This document shows positions 63,901 through 64,000 of a stretch of 64,000 bases of DNA, one piece after another (positions within the stretch are counted from its first letter, which is position 1; each line of letters opens with the position of its first letter). Source of the DNA: Squalus acanthias (Eukaryota); NCBI GenBank assembly GCA_030390025.1, contig CM059427.1:28396001-28460000 (forward strand), written 5' to 3'. Both the position numbers and the translations under genes were made by a program. The notes beneath the pieces are model-generated. The model had not been told where the DNA came from. It was given only the letters and a program-made list of their open reading frames with translations, and did not search any database.

Positions 63901-64000
63901 TTTAGTTGTTGGGAGTCAGTTGGTCGGAGCCTGCTACCTGGGCGTCTTCACCAAACGGTAAGGTCCTCGTCGTCATTTACCTGAAACGACTCCCTTTTCT
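61000..64000. promoter_or_regulatory. Repeat-poor, relatively CpG-retaining unique sequence; possible upstream regulatory region of the next gene
   Basis: No recognisable TE; CpGs visibly more frequent than in other unique stretches; no convincing ORF. Confidence 0.35.

Overview
Vertebrate genomic DNA, most likely from a cartilaginous fish (inferred from the CR1/L2/Penelope/Harbinger/Deu-SINE repeat mix). The only host gene I can support is the 3' part of ERICH2 on the + strand: three phase-compatible coding exons (8251-8308, 23221-23292, 39590-39762) separated by ~15-16 kb TE-filled introns. Most of the rest is nested mobile DNA: many CR1 and L2 LINE fragments (nearly all on the - strand), several PIF/Harbinger transposons and their non-autonomous derivatives, Penelope-like elements, a Deu-domain tRNA SINE, and two tandem repeats. 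The standout is a very young 4.5 kb Gypsy (Mag-like) LTR retrotransposon at 29889-34399. It has 216-bp LTRs differing at one position and an ATGCC target-site duplication. It lacks a tRNA primer-binding site; instead the sequence just after the 5' LTR is a perfect 13-nt complement of the LTR's own ATTAAA-containing segment. Its RT motif is YLDN rather than YXDD. The last ~3 kb is repeat-poor and relatively CpG-rich and may be the upstream region of the next gene (GAD1 by mammalian synteny; inference only). Boundaries of old repeats are approximate and read by eye.
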